NCBI GenBank assembly: GCA_965262715.1 | Contig: OZ253553.1 | Location: forward strand, 960,001 to 1,024,000 | Length of the DNA: 64,000 nucleotides | Direction of reading: 5' to 3' | Source: Bdellovibrionales bacterium | GTDB taxonomy: Bacteria > Bdellovibrionota > Bdellovibrionia > Bdellovibrionales > JAUICD01 | Part shown: positions 10,586 to 21,122 of the stretch, in pieces | Position numbering within the stretch: the first letter of the stretch is position 1 | Layout of the letters: the number at the start of each line of letters is the position of its first letter | Program-made: the position numbers and the translations under genes | The notes under the pieces: model-generated | What the model was told of the DNA's origin: nothing | What the model saw: only the letters and a program-made list of their open reading frames with translations | Database searches by the model: none

Positions 10586-11560
10586 ATGATCAATCATCAA
10601 TCAAATTTAGAGTTAAAAAAAGTGGATAAAGAAAAGGCTCTTTTGATAGATACAAATGTCATAGACCTTTTTAAGAAAGATCCATCAAAAATAAATGGTT
10701 TTTGTACAAAAGTGAACAGAATAGAAGCAGAGGTTTTTATATCTAGACGTCTTTTAGATGAAATAGCAGGAGAAAAATCATTTAAAAATGCACCCAAATC
10801 ATCTGTTTATGAAAATAATAGTTTCCAGAGACTGTCGATAATAAAAGAGATAAAAAAGAGTTCTCCTCTATACTTTTTAAGAGATCCTCAAAAACTTATC
10901 CTTTATGAAATAGAAGGAGACGGAGTGTCCAAAAAAGTTCCTATTTTTTCAGAAGACTGGATTGAGGTTTTTTTTAATAACTCAATAAATGCGCGTGAAT
11001 ATATACTTAAGACAAGTAAAGCTTATAATCAACGTAAGCCACAAATGGAAATTGAAAGAGATATTTCAAAAGATGGGATAAATAAAATAAAACAAACGCA
11101 TGAGCTACCTTATACTATTGATGATAAAATATATAACGACTTCATAAAAAACGGTTTCAAAAAAGAATCTCAATATTTTGATGTTCATGTAAGATCTCTT
11201 GTTTTTTATTTGTATAGAACTTTTACTTATTGCTTTGAGGAAAAGGTTACTGAAGAGGAATTTGTTAGGTATTCGGCTTTTTCAGAGGTAATAAAAAAGT
11301 CAATTTTAGAAAACAAAGAGAAATATCCTCGTATAAGAGCCTCTTTTATCATATCCTATTGTAGACAATTGAAATGGACCCGTCTTCTTTATAAACAATC
11401 TTTAATGGACAACGAGCTAACCGATCATCTTTTTTTAGGTTTTGCACTCTTTGTGAACTTTTTTATTACAAATGATGGAAAACTACAAAATAAATGCAAT
11501 GAACTTAGGAGTATTTTACCAATTTCAGTAATATCCTTTAATGATTGGGTGAATATTTAA
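10586..11560 (+). CDS. PIN-domain-like protein
   Basis: LLIDTNV near the N-terminus, LLDEI, TDHLFL...FITNDGKL near the C-terminus; SD AGAGGAG before ATG 10586 (ATG 10541 lies inside the MITE repeat). Confidence 0.6.
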   Translation: MINHQSNLELKKVDKEKALLIDTNVIDLFKKDPSKINGFCTKVNRIEAEVFISRRLLDEIAGEKSFKNAPKSSVYENNSFQRLSIIKEIKKSSPLYFLRDPQKLILYEIEGDGVSKKVPIFSEDWIEVFFNNSINAREYILKTSKAYNQRKPQMEIERDISKDGINKIKQTHELPYTIDDKIYNDFIKNGFKKESQYFDVHVRSLVFYLYRTFTYCFEEKVTEEEFVRYSAFSEVIKKSILENKEKYPRIRASFIISYCRQLKWTRLLYKQSLMDNELTDHLFLGFALFVNFFITNDGKLQNKCNELRSILPISVISFNDWVNI

Positions 11561-11667
11561 AAATAGAGTAATGTATTTTTTCATAATTATAACAATAAGT
11601 TAACATCTATAAAAGTCAACTTAAGGTGTGGTGAACCTAGATTTAAATCTCCAGAGTCATTTCTAAG

Positions 11668-12003
11668 TTAGTGGGTTTGTGTCTTAGATGAAAGGAATTT
11701 TAAGATTTTATCTACAAATTCATATTTAGGAGGAGGATGAGGCATAAGCATTTTCTCAAGACTTTTTTTAGAAAGGCCTGTCTTTTCTAGAATTTCTTTA
11801 TACTCACATTTATCTAATAAGATAGCTATGGCTCCTTGAAGTGTGTCATGGTCACCTTCAGAAAATGCTTCCATTATACATTCTTTTAATCCGGTCAGTG
11901 TAACATCGTCACCAGGGTTATAAGGATGCGCAAAAATTCTTTTTTTAGAATAAGTATCTTTTGAGGATCCTTTTTGCTTTTTGAATGTCTTTTTTTTGTT
12001 CAT
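11668..12003 (-). CDS. Addiction-module antitoxin (HTH)
   Basis: ILEKTGLSKKSLEKML...PKYEFVDKIL HTH; lies downstream of a RelE-like gene. Confidence 0.75.
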   Translation of the reverse strand: MNKKKTFKKQKGSSKDTYSKKRIFAHPYNPGDDVTLTGLKECIMEAFSEGDHDTLQGAIAILLDKCEYKEILEKTGLSKKSLEKMLMPHPPPKYEFVDKILKFLSSKTQTH

Positions 12004-12252
12004 TTTTTAACCCTCCTAGTAAAATCAATACAAATTCGTTACTTTTAAGGCTTATCTTTTCAATTATAGAATAGTAAACACGTCGACCATTTTTCCATCG
12101 CAATTCCAGCAGTCCTTCAGCAAGCATCTTATGATCTCCAAAATAGCCATTACTTGTTATATGTTTTAGACGAGCATCTCTATTTGAGCTTTGGCTTTCT
12201 TTGTTTGGTTATTAAACCACTTTTCAAATTCAGGTGTTCGCTCGATTCTCAA
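11945..12252 (-). pseudogene. RelE/HigB-family toxin, frameshifted
   Basis: SD AAGGAG, TTG start, LRIERTPEFEKWF...AKAQI, then an extra GA near 12179 breaks the frame before DARLKHI...GDHK...LLELRWKNGRRVYY...LLGGLK. Confidence 0.8.
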
Positions 12253-12436
12253 GCTTTATGGCTCCTTATATAATAACTTTACCTGTAAGTTATCGATTAA
12301 TCAAGATTAAAGCCCAGGTCTCTTCGAAGTAAAAAAGTTATAGTTTAGAAAGATTTGTTGCATAAAGATTTAAGGTAAGAGCACTTAATCATTTATAGTT
12401 ATCTAAATTTTTAATGCCTACAAAGAAAGATTTTTA

Positions 12437-12513
12437 TGGCACGCCGAGGAGGACTTGAACCCCCAACCCTCAGATCCGAAGTCTGATGCTCTATCCAATT
12501 GAGCTATCGGCGC
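12437..12513 (-). tRNA. tRNA-Arg(TCG)
   Basis: GCGCCGA acceptor stem, TCAGA-CTTCGGA-TCTGA anticodon arm, GTTCAAGTC T-loop, encoded CCA. Confidence 0.95.
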
Positions 12514-12592
12514 TCACTTACGTTTATCATTAAGGAATTTTCATTGATGTAGCATTGTTATTGCAAAGCTTCAAATCCAAATAAAAGTCTCT

Positions 12593-13120
12593 TTAGTCCT
12601 TAATTACGTAATCCTTTGTGATTGGAAAATAGAAATCAGCAGCTGTTTTTAGATCATCAGATGTAGTTTCAGGCCATGACCAAATTTCTACACGACAACC
12701 TCTTGTTTTTAAATACCAAATCAGAGGAAGAAAATCCTTATCCCCACCAAGAATCACAGCCACGTCTATTTTGTCAGCAAGGGTGACAGCATCTATAATT
12801 AAAAAGCTGTCGGCATTTTTTTGAGGCTGACGCACTTCTGCTCCAATAGAGCTTAAAAAGTTTCTAAAAGTTTCACTGACATCTTTATAAATAGGTTTAT
12901 AGTAGAGAATACGCAGAATCTCTCTATCGCCCATTTGATCTAAGATTTTTCTATAATCTGTACGCCCTTCATGATGTTTTAAGCCAGACATTTCAATGTT
13001 TTCTGCATCGATAAACACTCCAACCCTTTGAAAAAGCAGAAAATTTTGTAAATCTGAATTGTAACTTCCTTTATTTTGGGTAATTTTTTTTGTTGTTGAT
13101 TTTTTTGAAATTGATAACAA
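12593..13120 (-). CDS. NYN-domain (LabA/DUF88) protein
   Basis: RVGVFIDAENI, KNADSFLIIDA, GGDKDFLPL, LKTAADFYF. Confidence 0.88.
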   Translation of the reverse strand: MLSISKKSTTKKITQNKGSYNSDLQNFLLFQRVGVFIDAENIEMSGLKHHEGRTDYRKILDQMGDREILRILYYKPIYKDVSETFRNFLSSIGAEVRQPQKNADSFLIIDAVTLADKIDVAVILGGDKDFLPLIWYLKTRGCRVEIWSWPETTSDDLKTAADFYFPITKDYVIKD

Positions 13121-13484
13121 GAGAAACCTCCTCCTATATGGTTTAGTGATATTTTGAAGCTACTATTTATAGGCTGAGTGAAATAAGTATTGTAGAGATA
13201 GCTTTTTATGGTCTTATGATAGTCCTCTACTAAGGGCCTATATATTGTTAGTAGTATATATTTAGATACCTTCATGTTTTATTTACCTTATATGTATTAT
13301 TATATTATTTTAACCATCTAAAAAAGCAACTTTTTTATTATATTAATAAATATTTAGTGGATAAATATCATAAGTTTCTTGAAATACTTTAAAACAACGA
13401 CCTACTTTCCCTTAAATAGCGAACTTTTTATAAAAGAGCATCAAAACAGCTCATTAAAGAGGTTTTAATAACAAAAAATAATAG

Positions 13485-13856
13485 CTATTTTGAATATTTT
13501 GCCGTGATAATAGCCTTAATATTGCCCCGAACATTAAAATCTCCTATCACTTCAATAGACCAGGGGTCCAAAGCCTTGACCAGGTCGTCTAAGATGATAT
13601 TTGTGACATCTTCATGAAAAATATGCTGATCCCTAAATCTATTGATATAAAATTTTAATGATTTTAGTTCTATACAAAATTTATCTGGAATATATTTAAT
13701 TTTTATTGTGGCAAAATCAGGAAAACCACTTCTAGGGCATAAACAAGTGAATTCAGGGCATTCAAAATCAATTGTGTATTTTCGATGCATATTTCGATTT
13801 TCAAACACTTCTAATTTTGAGGCCTCAATAAGTTTTTGGCCATATAATTCGTTCAT
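13485..13856 (-). CDS. queF: preQ1 synthase (7-cyano-7-deazaguanine reductase)
   Basis: PEFTCLCPRSGFPDFA, ELKSLKFY, FHE, FNVRGNI. Confidence 0.95.
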   Translation of the reverse strand: MNELYGQKLIEASKLEVFENRNMHRKYTIDFECPEFTCLCPRSGFPDFATIKIKYIPDKFCIELKSLKFYINRFRDQHIFHEDVTNIILDDLVKALDPWSIEVIGDFNVRGNIKAIITAKYSK

Positions 13857-13962
13857 AAGCTTAGGACCTCATAGTTGGGGTATAGACTTTTTGATTTTTT
13901 TTATTTATACTGAGAGTATATACATTGTTTCTTGTTTTTGTTGAATTAAAAACTGGAGATTT

Positions 13963-14712
13963 TTGATGAAACCAAAACACACAAGATCAGGTCCAATTCA
14001 TATTATAATTCACAATATCATAGCAGCCAGTTTTTTTGTGCTAGGCGCGATAGGTATTGTATTCTCATCTCTACCTTCTGCATATATTAAAATGGCAAGG
14101 CAGAGCACTTATATCATTCCTCCTAAGGAAATGGTGCATTTTTCCTTTGGTTTCGAAGAGGCATTTGCATCTTTGATGTGGGTGCGTCTGCTTCAAGATA
14201 TCGATATTTGTGAGCAAAGCCAGAACCCAGCATCTTATAACTCAGCCACAACTATAGAAGAAATCTTAGATGCTGAAATAGCAGAGTCCAGATGCAATGA
14301 GGGTTGGGTTTATCACATGCTGGACCGAATTACAGATTTTTCTCCTAAATTCTTATATGCTTATGTCCATGGAGGATTATTGCTGAGTGTTGTTGTAGAT
14401 GATAGGGAAGGAGCTCGTCAAATTTTTGAAAAAGGGCTAAAAATGTTTCCAGACCATTATAATTTAAATTATCACGCAGCATATCATTATTTAGCTGAAA
14501 TTAGAGAACCTGGAAGAGCTGCTCAGCTGATGAAGAAAACACATGAATTAGGTGGTCCTGCATGGCTTTCTCTATCAGCTGCCCGTCTTTTTGCAGAAGA
14601 TGGTATGAAAGAAGCTGGCATTATGTTGCTCAATGAACTCATAGAAACAAATACTGATCCTGAGTTTGTAGAGGCTGCTCGAGAAAGACTTAATAAAATG
14701 ATCAGAGAGTAA
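13963..14712 (+). CDS. Membrane-anchored TPR-like protein
   Basis: N-terminal TM helix; helical repeats (GARQIFEKGLKMFPDHYNLNYHAAYHYL); reminiscent of pilin-locus TPR proteins of deltaproteobacteria-like organisms (tentative). Confidence 0.65.
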   Translation: MMKPKHTRSGPIHIIIHNIIAASFFVLGAIGIVFSSLPSAYIKMARQSTYIIPPKEMVHFSFGFEEAFASLMWVRLLQDIDICEQSQNPASYNSATTIEEILDAEIAESRCNEGWVYHMLDRITDFSPKFLYAYVHGGLLLSVVVDDREGARQIFEKGLKMFPDHYNLNYHAAYHYLAEIREPGRAAQLMKKTHELGGPAWLSLSAARLFAEDGMKEAGIMLLNELIETNTDPEFVEAARERLNKMIRE

Positions 14713-14841
14713 TGAACTTTAAGAAACCAAAATAAATTGAACCTATTTACAGCTAACTATTTGCTATACTCAATCAAACAATCCAAATAATATAATAATT
14801 TATGGTTACTGATAGCAGATACAGATTGTCTGCTTCCTGGT

Positions 14842-14986
14842 TTACCGAAGTCCCTTGTAGCACAAAGGACTTAATAAGATATAACTTGTAACTTCAATAT
14901 GTTATCTCGAAATGGCAACAGCCCTTTGTGTTACCAAATACTTTTTCAAACAATCAGGAAACCTGCGCTGCAAAGGACTTCGGTAA
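14842..14986. repeat. MITE-like element with 20-bp terminal inverted repeats
   Basis: ttaccgaagtcccttgtagc ... gctgcaaaggacttcggtaa (2 mismatches), between convergent genes. Confidence 0.6.
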
Positions 14987-15066
14987 CACTTTATATTAAA
15001 CATACCTCTATTTCTATTAATTTTTCTAATGAAAGAAGAGTTAATTATTAGAAAAATTATTTGTTA

Positions 15067-15384
15067 TTACCCTAACTGTTTGATTTTAACTATATTATCG
15101 ACATCTTGTTTTTGAGTATCTTCTATACATTTAATTTTTGAATTATATGTTTCAAAGATTTTTTGCTCTAAATAGCTTCTAATATCTTGATTGAGAGGGT
15201 GAATAATGTCACGAAATGAACCATTTTTGCATTTCTTACTAGGCATTGCTACAAATAAACGTTCGCTATTACCTTTAATAATTTTAATATCACGAATAAC
15301 CAAAGAATCCTCAATCACGATAGTGACATAAGCCTTAAGCCTTTCTTCCTCTATAGGGAAAATTTTTACAGATGTAATATTCAT
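15067..15384 (-). CDS. spoVG: SpoVG family regulator
   Basis: MNITSVKI, LKAYVTIVIED, LFVAMPSKK, FRDIIHPLN. Confidence 0.93.
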   Translation of the reverse strand: MNITSVKIFPIEEERLKAYVTIVIEDSLVIRDIKIIKGNSERLFVAMPSKKCKNGSFRDIIHPLNQDIRSYLEQKIFETYNSKIKCIEDTQKQDVDNIVKIKQLG

Positions 15385-15749
15385 AGAGCTATCTCCTTAT
15401 TGATTGTTAATTACCTTCTAGTCATTCACTAATAATCCTATAAAGTTTTTCTGCCTTTCATAAACTTACAAATGAAAAAATTTACGACTTCACTATTTAA
15501 GAGAATTTTTATCCCCTATTGTTTCTTAACGGCAACCTGGACTGAAGATTTAATAGCTAGACCATTTATTTTTACATTTTTTTTAAAAAAATATTTTCAT
15601 GCCATCTTTTTTGAATATTTTGTTTTATATTGAAACGATAGCTATCAGAAGTGGATTTTTTACAAATCAAAAATTCTATGTTTATTATGATCTACAGATT
15701 GCCTTAACGAAAGTTTTAGGACATGATACATTTATAGTGGGATTTAATT

Positions 15750-15824
15750 TGGGGTATAGCCAAGCGGTAAGGCAATGGGTTTTGATCCCATCATGCGCAG
15801 GTTCAAATCCTGCTACCCCATCCA
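15750..15824 (+). tRNA. tRNA-Gln(TTG)
   Basis: TGGGGTATAGCCAAGCGGTAAGGCA, ATGGG-TTTTGAT-CCCAT arm, GTTCAAATC, CCA end. Confidence 0.97.
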
Positions 15825-15871
15825 ATTGATTTTCTCTTAAAATCCAAAAACTTAACAAAAAAGGAAATCAA

Positions 15872-16732
15872 ATGACAGAAAAGAAACATCCAGATTTATA
15901 TGTAGAAGAAAGATATAAAGACTGGATCACCTTACGTTATGATATTAAAAAAGTTCTTTTCTCTCAAAAAAGTGGATTCCAACACATTCAGGTTGTTGAA
16001 ACAAATGGGTTTGGAAAAATGCTTTTAAATGATAATATTGTGATGGTTTCTGAGATGGATGAGTTTGTTTACCATGACATGATTGCACATGTTCCTTTGT
16101 TTGTTCATCCTTGTCCAAAAGATGTTTTAATTATTGGTGGTGGAGATGGAGGAACAGTGAGAGAAGTCTTACGGCACCCAACAGTACAAAATTGCACTCT
16201 TGTAGAGATTGATGGCCTCGTGATAGAAACTTGTAAAAAATTCCTTCCACAACTTTCTTCAAAGCTTGATGATGATCGCGTAACCGTTCATGTTGCAGAT
16301 GGTGCAAAATATGTGAAAGAAACCTCTAAACATTTTGATGTTGTAATTGTAGATTCTACAGACCCATTAGGCCCATCTCTATCTTTATTCAATAATGAAT
16401 TTTATCAAAATGTATATCGCATATTAAATGACGATGGTATAGTCGTATCTCAATGCGAGTCTCCTTTTTTAGAAGCAGAAATGCAAAGATCAATTATACA
16501 AATACTTCATACATATTTTCCAATCGTGAGTATTTATAATTATACAAACTTAACTTATAACGGAATGTGGTCCTTTGCATGGGGTTCTAAAAAACACCAT
16601 CCTACAAGAGATTATAATTCAAACAGAACAGAGGGATGGAGTTTTTCCTATTATAATGCTGATATACACACTGCAGCTTTTGTACTTCCAACGTTTATGC
16701 AAAAAGATCTCAAAGATTATTTAAAAAATTAA
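15872..16732 (+). CDS. speE: Spermidine synthase
   Basis: DEFVYHDMIAH, VLIIGGGDGGTVRE, VEID, IVDSTDP. Confidence 0.95.
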   Translation: MTEKKHPDLYVEERYKDWITLRYDIKKVLFSQKSGFQHIQVVETNGFGKMLLNDNIVMVSEMDEFVYHDMIAHVPLFVHPCPKDVLIIGGGDGGTVREVLRHPTVQNCTLVEIDGLVIETCKKFLPQLSSKLDDDRVTVHVADGAKYVKETSKHFDVVIVDSTDPLGPSLSLFNNEFYQNVYRILNDDGIVVSQCESPFLEAEMQRSIIQILHTYFPIVSIYNYTNLTYNGMWSFAWGSKKHHPTRDYNSNRTEGWSFSYYNADIHTAAFVLPTFMQKDLKDYLKN

Positions 16733-16792
16733 ATGCTTAAAAAGGTATCTTACTTTAAAATAGACCCAGAATAAAAAATAGAGAGAGATGCT

Positions 16793-17899
16793 ATGATTGA
16801 TCAGATCACTATTAAAGGATTCAAAAGTATCAATAGTATTGAAAGTTTGAAACTCAATCCGATAAATATACTCATTGGTCCTAATGGCTCTGGTAAATCC
16901 AACTTTATCGGTGCTTTTTCATTCCTTAATTTCATAGGGAGAAAAAAACTTCAAGAGTATGTATCTAGACAAGGAGGAGCTAATCGTATATTGCATTTTG
17001 GCACAAAGAAAACAGAACGTATGGATTTTCATATTTGGTTTAAGATTAAAGAAGAAGAAGTATCCTATAGAAGTGAATTTCACTCAACTCAAGATGACAA
17101 TATTGTCCTTTTAGGACAAGTCATCCCAGGTCTACCTCTTTCTGAAGGTTATAGATATCTAGTAGACACTACTACGGAAGAATCAATCAAAATAAAAAAA
17201 AGAGTTGATAAGGTCCATAACTATCTTAAACAATTTTGTGTTTATCAATTTCATGATACAAGTTCTACTTCACCTATAAAAACAACAACAGATTTGCATG
17301 ACAATCACCAATTACGTCTTGATGGTTCTAATCTTGCGGCATTTTTATACCTTTTAAGAGAAAAATATAAATCTTCTTATGATCTTATACGAAAAACAGT
17401 GCAAAAAATTGCTCCATTTTTTGATGATTTTCAGCTTGCCCCGCAAAAATTAAATCCAAATAAAATCCGTCTAGAATGGCAACATATTGGAACAGAAGCC
17501 TATTTTGATGCATCCTCCCTTTCAGATGGCTCATTAAGGTTTATGGCTCTTGCTACTTTATTGCTGCAACCTGAAGAGCTGCAACCCTCTACCATCCTTT
17601 TAGACGAGCCTGAGCTGGGTTTACATCCACGTGCTATGACAATGTTAGCCTCACTTATCAAACAAGCTTCAGTTAATAAGCAAATCATACTAGCCACTCA
17701 ATCATCCCTTCTTTTAGATAACTTCGAACCAAAGGATGTATTGGTCGCAAATCGTGTTAATGGAGGAACTACATTAACAAGGTTAAATAGTGAAGATCTA
17801 AAGAATTGGTTAGAAGATTACAGTCTCGGCCAGCTTTGGGAAAAAAATGAACTAGGCGGCTGCCCTATTTCTGAAAAACCAAAAACAGAGCCTAATTAG
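16793..17899 (+). CDS. ABC-type (AAA_15/AAA_21-like) ATPase
   Basis: Walker A GPNGSGKSN, signature LSDGSLRF, Walker B LLDEPELGLHP, ATQS. Confidence 0.9.
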   Translation: MIDQITIKGFKSINSIESLKLNPINILIGPNGSGKSNFIGAFSFLNFIGRKKLQEYVSRQGGANRILHFGTKKTERMDFHIWFKIKEEEVSYRSEFHSTQDDNIVLLGQVIPGLPLSEGYRYLVDTTTEESIKIKKRVDKVHNYLKQFCVYQFHDTSSTSPIKTTTDLHDNHQLRLDGSNLAAFLYLLREKYKSSYDLIRKTVQKIAPFFDDFQLAPQKLNPNKIRLEWQHIGTEAYFDASSLSDGSLRFMALATLLLQPEELQPSTILLDEPELGLHPRAMTMLASLIKQASVNKQIILATQSSLLLDNFEPKDVLVANRVNGGTTLTRLNSEDLKNWLEDYSLGQLWEKNELGGCPISEKPKTEPN

Positions 17900-17900
17900 A

Positions 17901-18573
17901 ATGAGAAGGTTACTCATCCATGTAGAAGGAGAAAGTGAAGAAAACTTTGTTAATAATCTGCTAGCTCCTAAACTTTATTCTGTTGATTCTTCTGATATCT
18001 CTGCTCGCCTGATAGGTAATGCGCGTTTGCGCGTGGAGGCATCACATCATGGAAAATCGCTCAAAAAGAGATTATAAATCATTTAAAAGAAGATAGAAAT
18101 TGCATAGTTACACAATGATTGATTATTATGGATTACCAAATGATTGGCCTATGAGAAAAGAGTCTACTAACTTAGCTCTTTCTCATAAAGCGTCTACAAT
18201 TGAACAAGCACTTTTAGAAGATATTAGCCAGTTAATGGGTGATAATTTTGATAAAAATCGATTTATTCCATACATAATGATGCATGAGTTTGAAGCCTTG
18301 CTTTTTAGCAATTGCCAAAAATTTGCAGAAGGAATTCAAAAGCCAGAGCTAGCATCAACATTTCAAAAAATAAGAGATAAATTTGCAACTCCAGAGGAAA
18401 TTGACGATTCTCCTGAAGGCGCACCTTCAAAGCGTATAAAGTCAATTCTTCCTAATTACGAGAAACTATCAATGGGAGGACTTGCAATAGAAGAAATCGG
18501 GCTTTTGCAGATGCGAAAAGGTTGTTCACATTTTGATGATTGGCTGAAAAGTTTGAAGAAATGTACAAGTTAA
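17901..18573 (+). pseudogene. DUF4276-like protein with two frameshifts
   Basis: ATG 17901 MRRLLIHVEGESEENFV; frame breaks near 18030 and 18112; continues MIDYYGLP...HEFEALLFS...PEEIDDSPEGAPSKRI...CSHFDDWL. Confidence 0.8.
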
Positions 18574-18720
18574 TTGGACGACCATCAGATTGAAGTTGAG
18601 AGACTCAAATAAAAGGGTTAATTGGAAATTGACTGAAAATTGTTAGCCTTTTCAAAACTCAACATATACCTGTGAAGTTTTAACAAACTAGTTAAATTAA
18701 GCAATTTAAAGGTTTAACCC

Positions 18721-18799
18721 TTATGTCAAAAAGACGAGTTCTTCCGCAGAGCAATCGCTTACAAGCGATTGCTCGAGGACTACGAGGCTTTGGCATAAG
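18721..18799. repeat. Palindromic repeat family C core
   Basis: ttatgtcaaaaagacgagttcttccgcagagcaatcgcttacaagcgattgctcgaggactacg matches the reverse complement of 10430-10506. Confidence 0.7.
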
Positions 18800-18964
18800 G
18801 ATTAAACCTTGCGCTTGCTCAAAAATTGAGAATCACCTAGAGGTAAGGGGCCCATCCCTCAAAAAAACATTAAGTTATCAAATATGATTTTGATAATATC
18901 CACTTAAGTTTGCTAAATAGCAAAGAAGGTGCAAGTAACATTGCGTAATAGGAATAAGAAAAGG

Positions 18965-20278
18965 CTAAATATCTGTAAAATTAAGAGGCTGACCACAGGG
19001 TGTGCCTATGATTTCTTCTTCCCATAGGGCTATTTTACCTCCAATGACTGAAGATATAGGCCAGCCACAAACCTTCATACCATCATAGGGGGTCCATTTG
19101 CAAATGCTCTCTATCCAATCATTGGTAATAGTTTTTTGTTTTTTAAGGTCCACAATGGTTAAATTAGCCAACTGACCAGGTCCTATATGCCCCATACCTT
19201 GAAGGTTGTAAATTTTTGCAGGATTGATACATAAAAACTCAACGAGCCGGTGCAAACTTAATTTATCTTTTGAATGCATGTTCAACAGTAGAGGCAATAG
19301 AGTTTGTACACCTGGCATACCTGATGGAGATTGAGGATAGGGCTTTTGTTTTTCGCTTAAAAGATGAGGGGCATGATCTGATCCTATCACATCTACGGTA
19401 CCATCATTGACAGCCTTCCATAGACGTTCTTGGTGCTGCTTAGAGCGAATAGGAGGATTCATTTGAATCAAGCTTCCAAGACGATCATAGTCCTCTGGAA
19501 AAGCAAATACCAAGTGTTGTGGAAGGATTTCAACAGTGACTAAAGAGCCTTTATTTTTTTGAAGATAATCCATCTCCTGAGCTGTAGTGATATGTAAAAC
19601 ATGAATCTTTCTTTTAAAAGATTTAGCAAGCTCAACAATACGCTTGGTGGCTATAAAAGCTGTCTGCTCATTCCTCCACTCAGGATGAAAATGGCTTGTG
19701 GCATTTGGAGGGATAAGTTTTTGTCTCTCATTTAATAATTCCTCATCTTCACAATGAAAAGCCATACGCCTTTGTGTGACTTGCAATATTTTTTCAAGGT
19801 CTTTTTTTTGATGAACACAAAGACCACCAGTGGATTTTCCAAGGAATACTTTAACTCCACAACAACCTGGCAATTTTTCTAAATCACCTAATTGTTCTAT
19901 ATTAATTGGGAGACAACCCATAAAAAGAGCAAAATCTACCCAAGAAGTGATTTGCTTTTTCTTCATTTCATAAGCTTCTTTACTGATAATAGGAGGTAGC
20001 GTGTTTGGCATGTCAAAAACAGCTGTCACCCCACCTTTTAAAGCTGCTCTTGAACCTGCTTCAAAGGTTTCCTTATGAGTAAGTCCTGGCTGTCTAAAGT
20101 GGACTTGACTGTCTATAACACCAGGTAAAACAGTTAATCCTCTTAAGTCTCTCTCCTCTTTTGCATGAAGGTTACTGGGATGAATAGCAGATATCTTACC
20201 ATTTGATATACCAAGACAACCTTTTTCAATTTTGCCTTGAACATAAATATCTGCATTTTTAAGAAGTAAATCAAACAT
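18965..20278 (-). CDS. pyrC: Dihydroorotase (amidohydrolase family)
   Basis: PGVIDSQVHFRQPG, DMPNT, HCED, HVLHITT, MNPPIR, GSDHAPH, SPSGMPG. Confidence 0.88.
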   Translation of the reverse strand: MFDLLLKNADIYVQGKIEKGCLGISNGKISAIHPSNLHAKEERDLRGLTVLPGVIDSQVHFRQPGLTHKETFEAGSRAALKGGVTAVFDMPNTLPPIISKEAYEMKKKQITSWVDFALFMGCLPINIEQLGDLEKLPGCCGVKVFLGKSTGGLCVHQKKDLEKILQVTQRRMAFHCEDEELLNERQKLIPPNATSHFHPEWRNEQTAFIATKRIVELAKSFKRKIHVLHITTAQEMDYLQKNKGSLVTVEILPQHLVFAFPEDYDRLGSLIQMNPPIRSKQHQERLWKAVNDGTVDVIGSDHAPHLLSEKQKPYPQSPSGMPGVQTLLPLLLNMHSKDKLSLHRLVEFLCINPAKIYNLQGMGHIGPGQLANLTIVDLKKQKTITNDWIESICKWTPYDGMKVCGWPISSVIGGKIALWEEEIIGTPCGQPLNFTDI

Positions 20279-20417
20279 AATTTGTTGGCTCTTAAATTTT
20301 AATTATTAAATTGAACTAACTAAGTAAACTATATATAACTATAAATAAATAAATACAATAACAAAAAAATAGATAAATATATTAAAAGCTGTTTAATTTT
20401 CTTTAAAAAAGGAGTAG

Positions 20418-21065
20418 ATGATGTTCACTTTCAATCAATTAAAAAAAATATTATTACTTGGCAGTTTAGTTTTAATAAGCAATTCTCAATTTGCTTACAG
20501 TAATATTGAGCTTTCGTTTAACTTTGGTAAAAAGTTTCAAGAAGATGGTGCTTTTAAGGGAGGATATGATCTTTTATATAGAATCCCTATAAATGAAATT
20601 TCTAGTGCGGCCTTAGGTTTAAGATTTGACACTCTTCAAAAATACAATAAATCACTACCAGATCGTACACATATTTTATTCACCTTTTTAACAAACTATA
20701 GATTACATATAACAGAATCCTTCTTCGCAGGAGCAATTGCCGGTATAGATATTATGAAAACATATACATTGTCCGATTCTATAAAAGTGAATGATGATGT
20801 AATTCTACTTGGAGCTTTATCGACCAATGAATACTTATGGAATAGATTCACTGCTGAAATGGGCATAGAACTTGGTTATCAAGCAGACTCTGGATTTTTA
20901 ATGAAATTAGAACTTGGCTATGATTTATTGTCCTTTAGGTGTATAGGAGATATAAAAGTTAGTACAGATGCTATTATTATAGATCCTTCTGAGGACAATG
21001 GTGAGGATTGCACCAAAAAATTTAATGGGGTTTATGCAACGCTGGGAATAGGCTATCACTTTTAA
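20418..21065 (+). CDS. Outer-membrane beta-barrel protein, paralog of 5743-6429
   Basis: Shared FGKKFQxDGA, LWNxFTA, FLMKLExGYDLLSF, KFNGVYATxGxGYHF. Confidence 0.8.
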   Translation: MMFTFNQLKKILLLGSLVLISNSQFAYSNIELSFNFGKKFQEDGAFKGGYDLLYRIPINEISSAALGLRFDTLQKYNKSLPDRTHILFTFLTNYRLHITESFFAGAIAGIDIMKTYTLSDSIKVNDDVILLGALSTNEYLWNRFTAEMGIELGYQADSGFLMKLELGYDLLSFRCIGDIKVSTDAIIIDPSEDNGEDCTKKFNGVYATLGIGYHF

Positions 21066-21122
21066 ATGCCTTCTAATTTAAGTTAAAATTTTAAAATTAA
21101 GAGGTTTAAAAAGTTTTTACAT

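Noticed and set aside
12979..13275. 98-aa ORF
   Set aside because: Overlaps the NYN gene in another frame; no recognisable motif.
15599..15829. 76-aa ORF
   Set aside because: Overlaps tRNA-Gln on the same strand.
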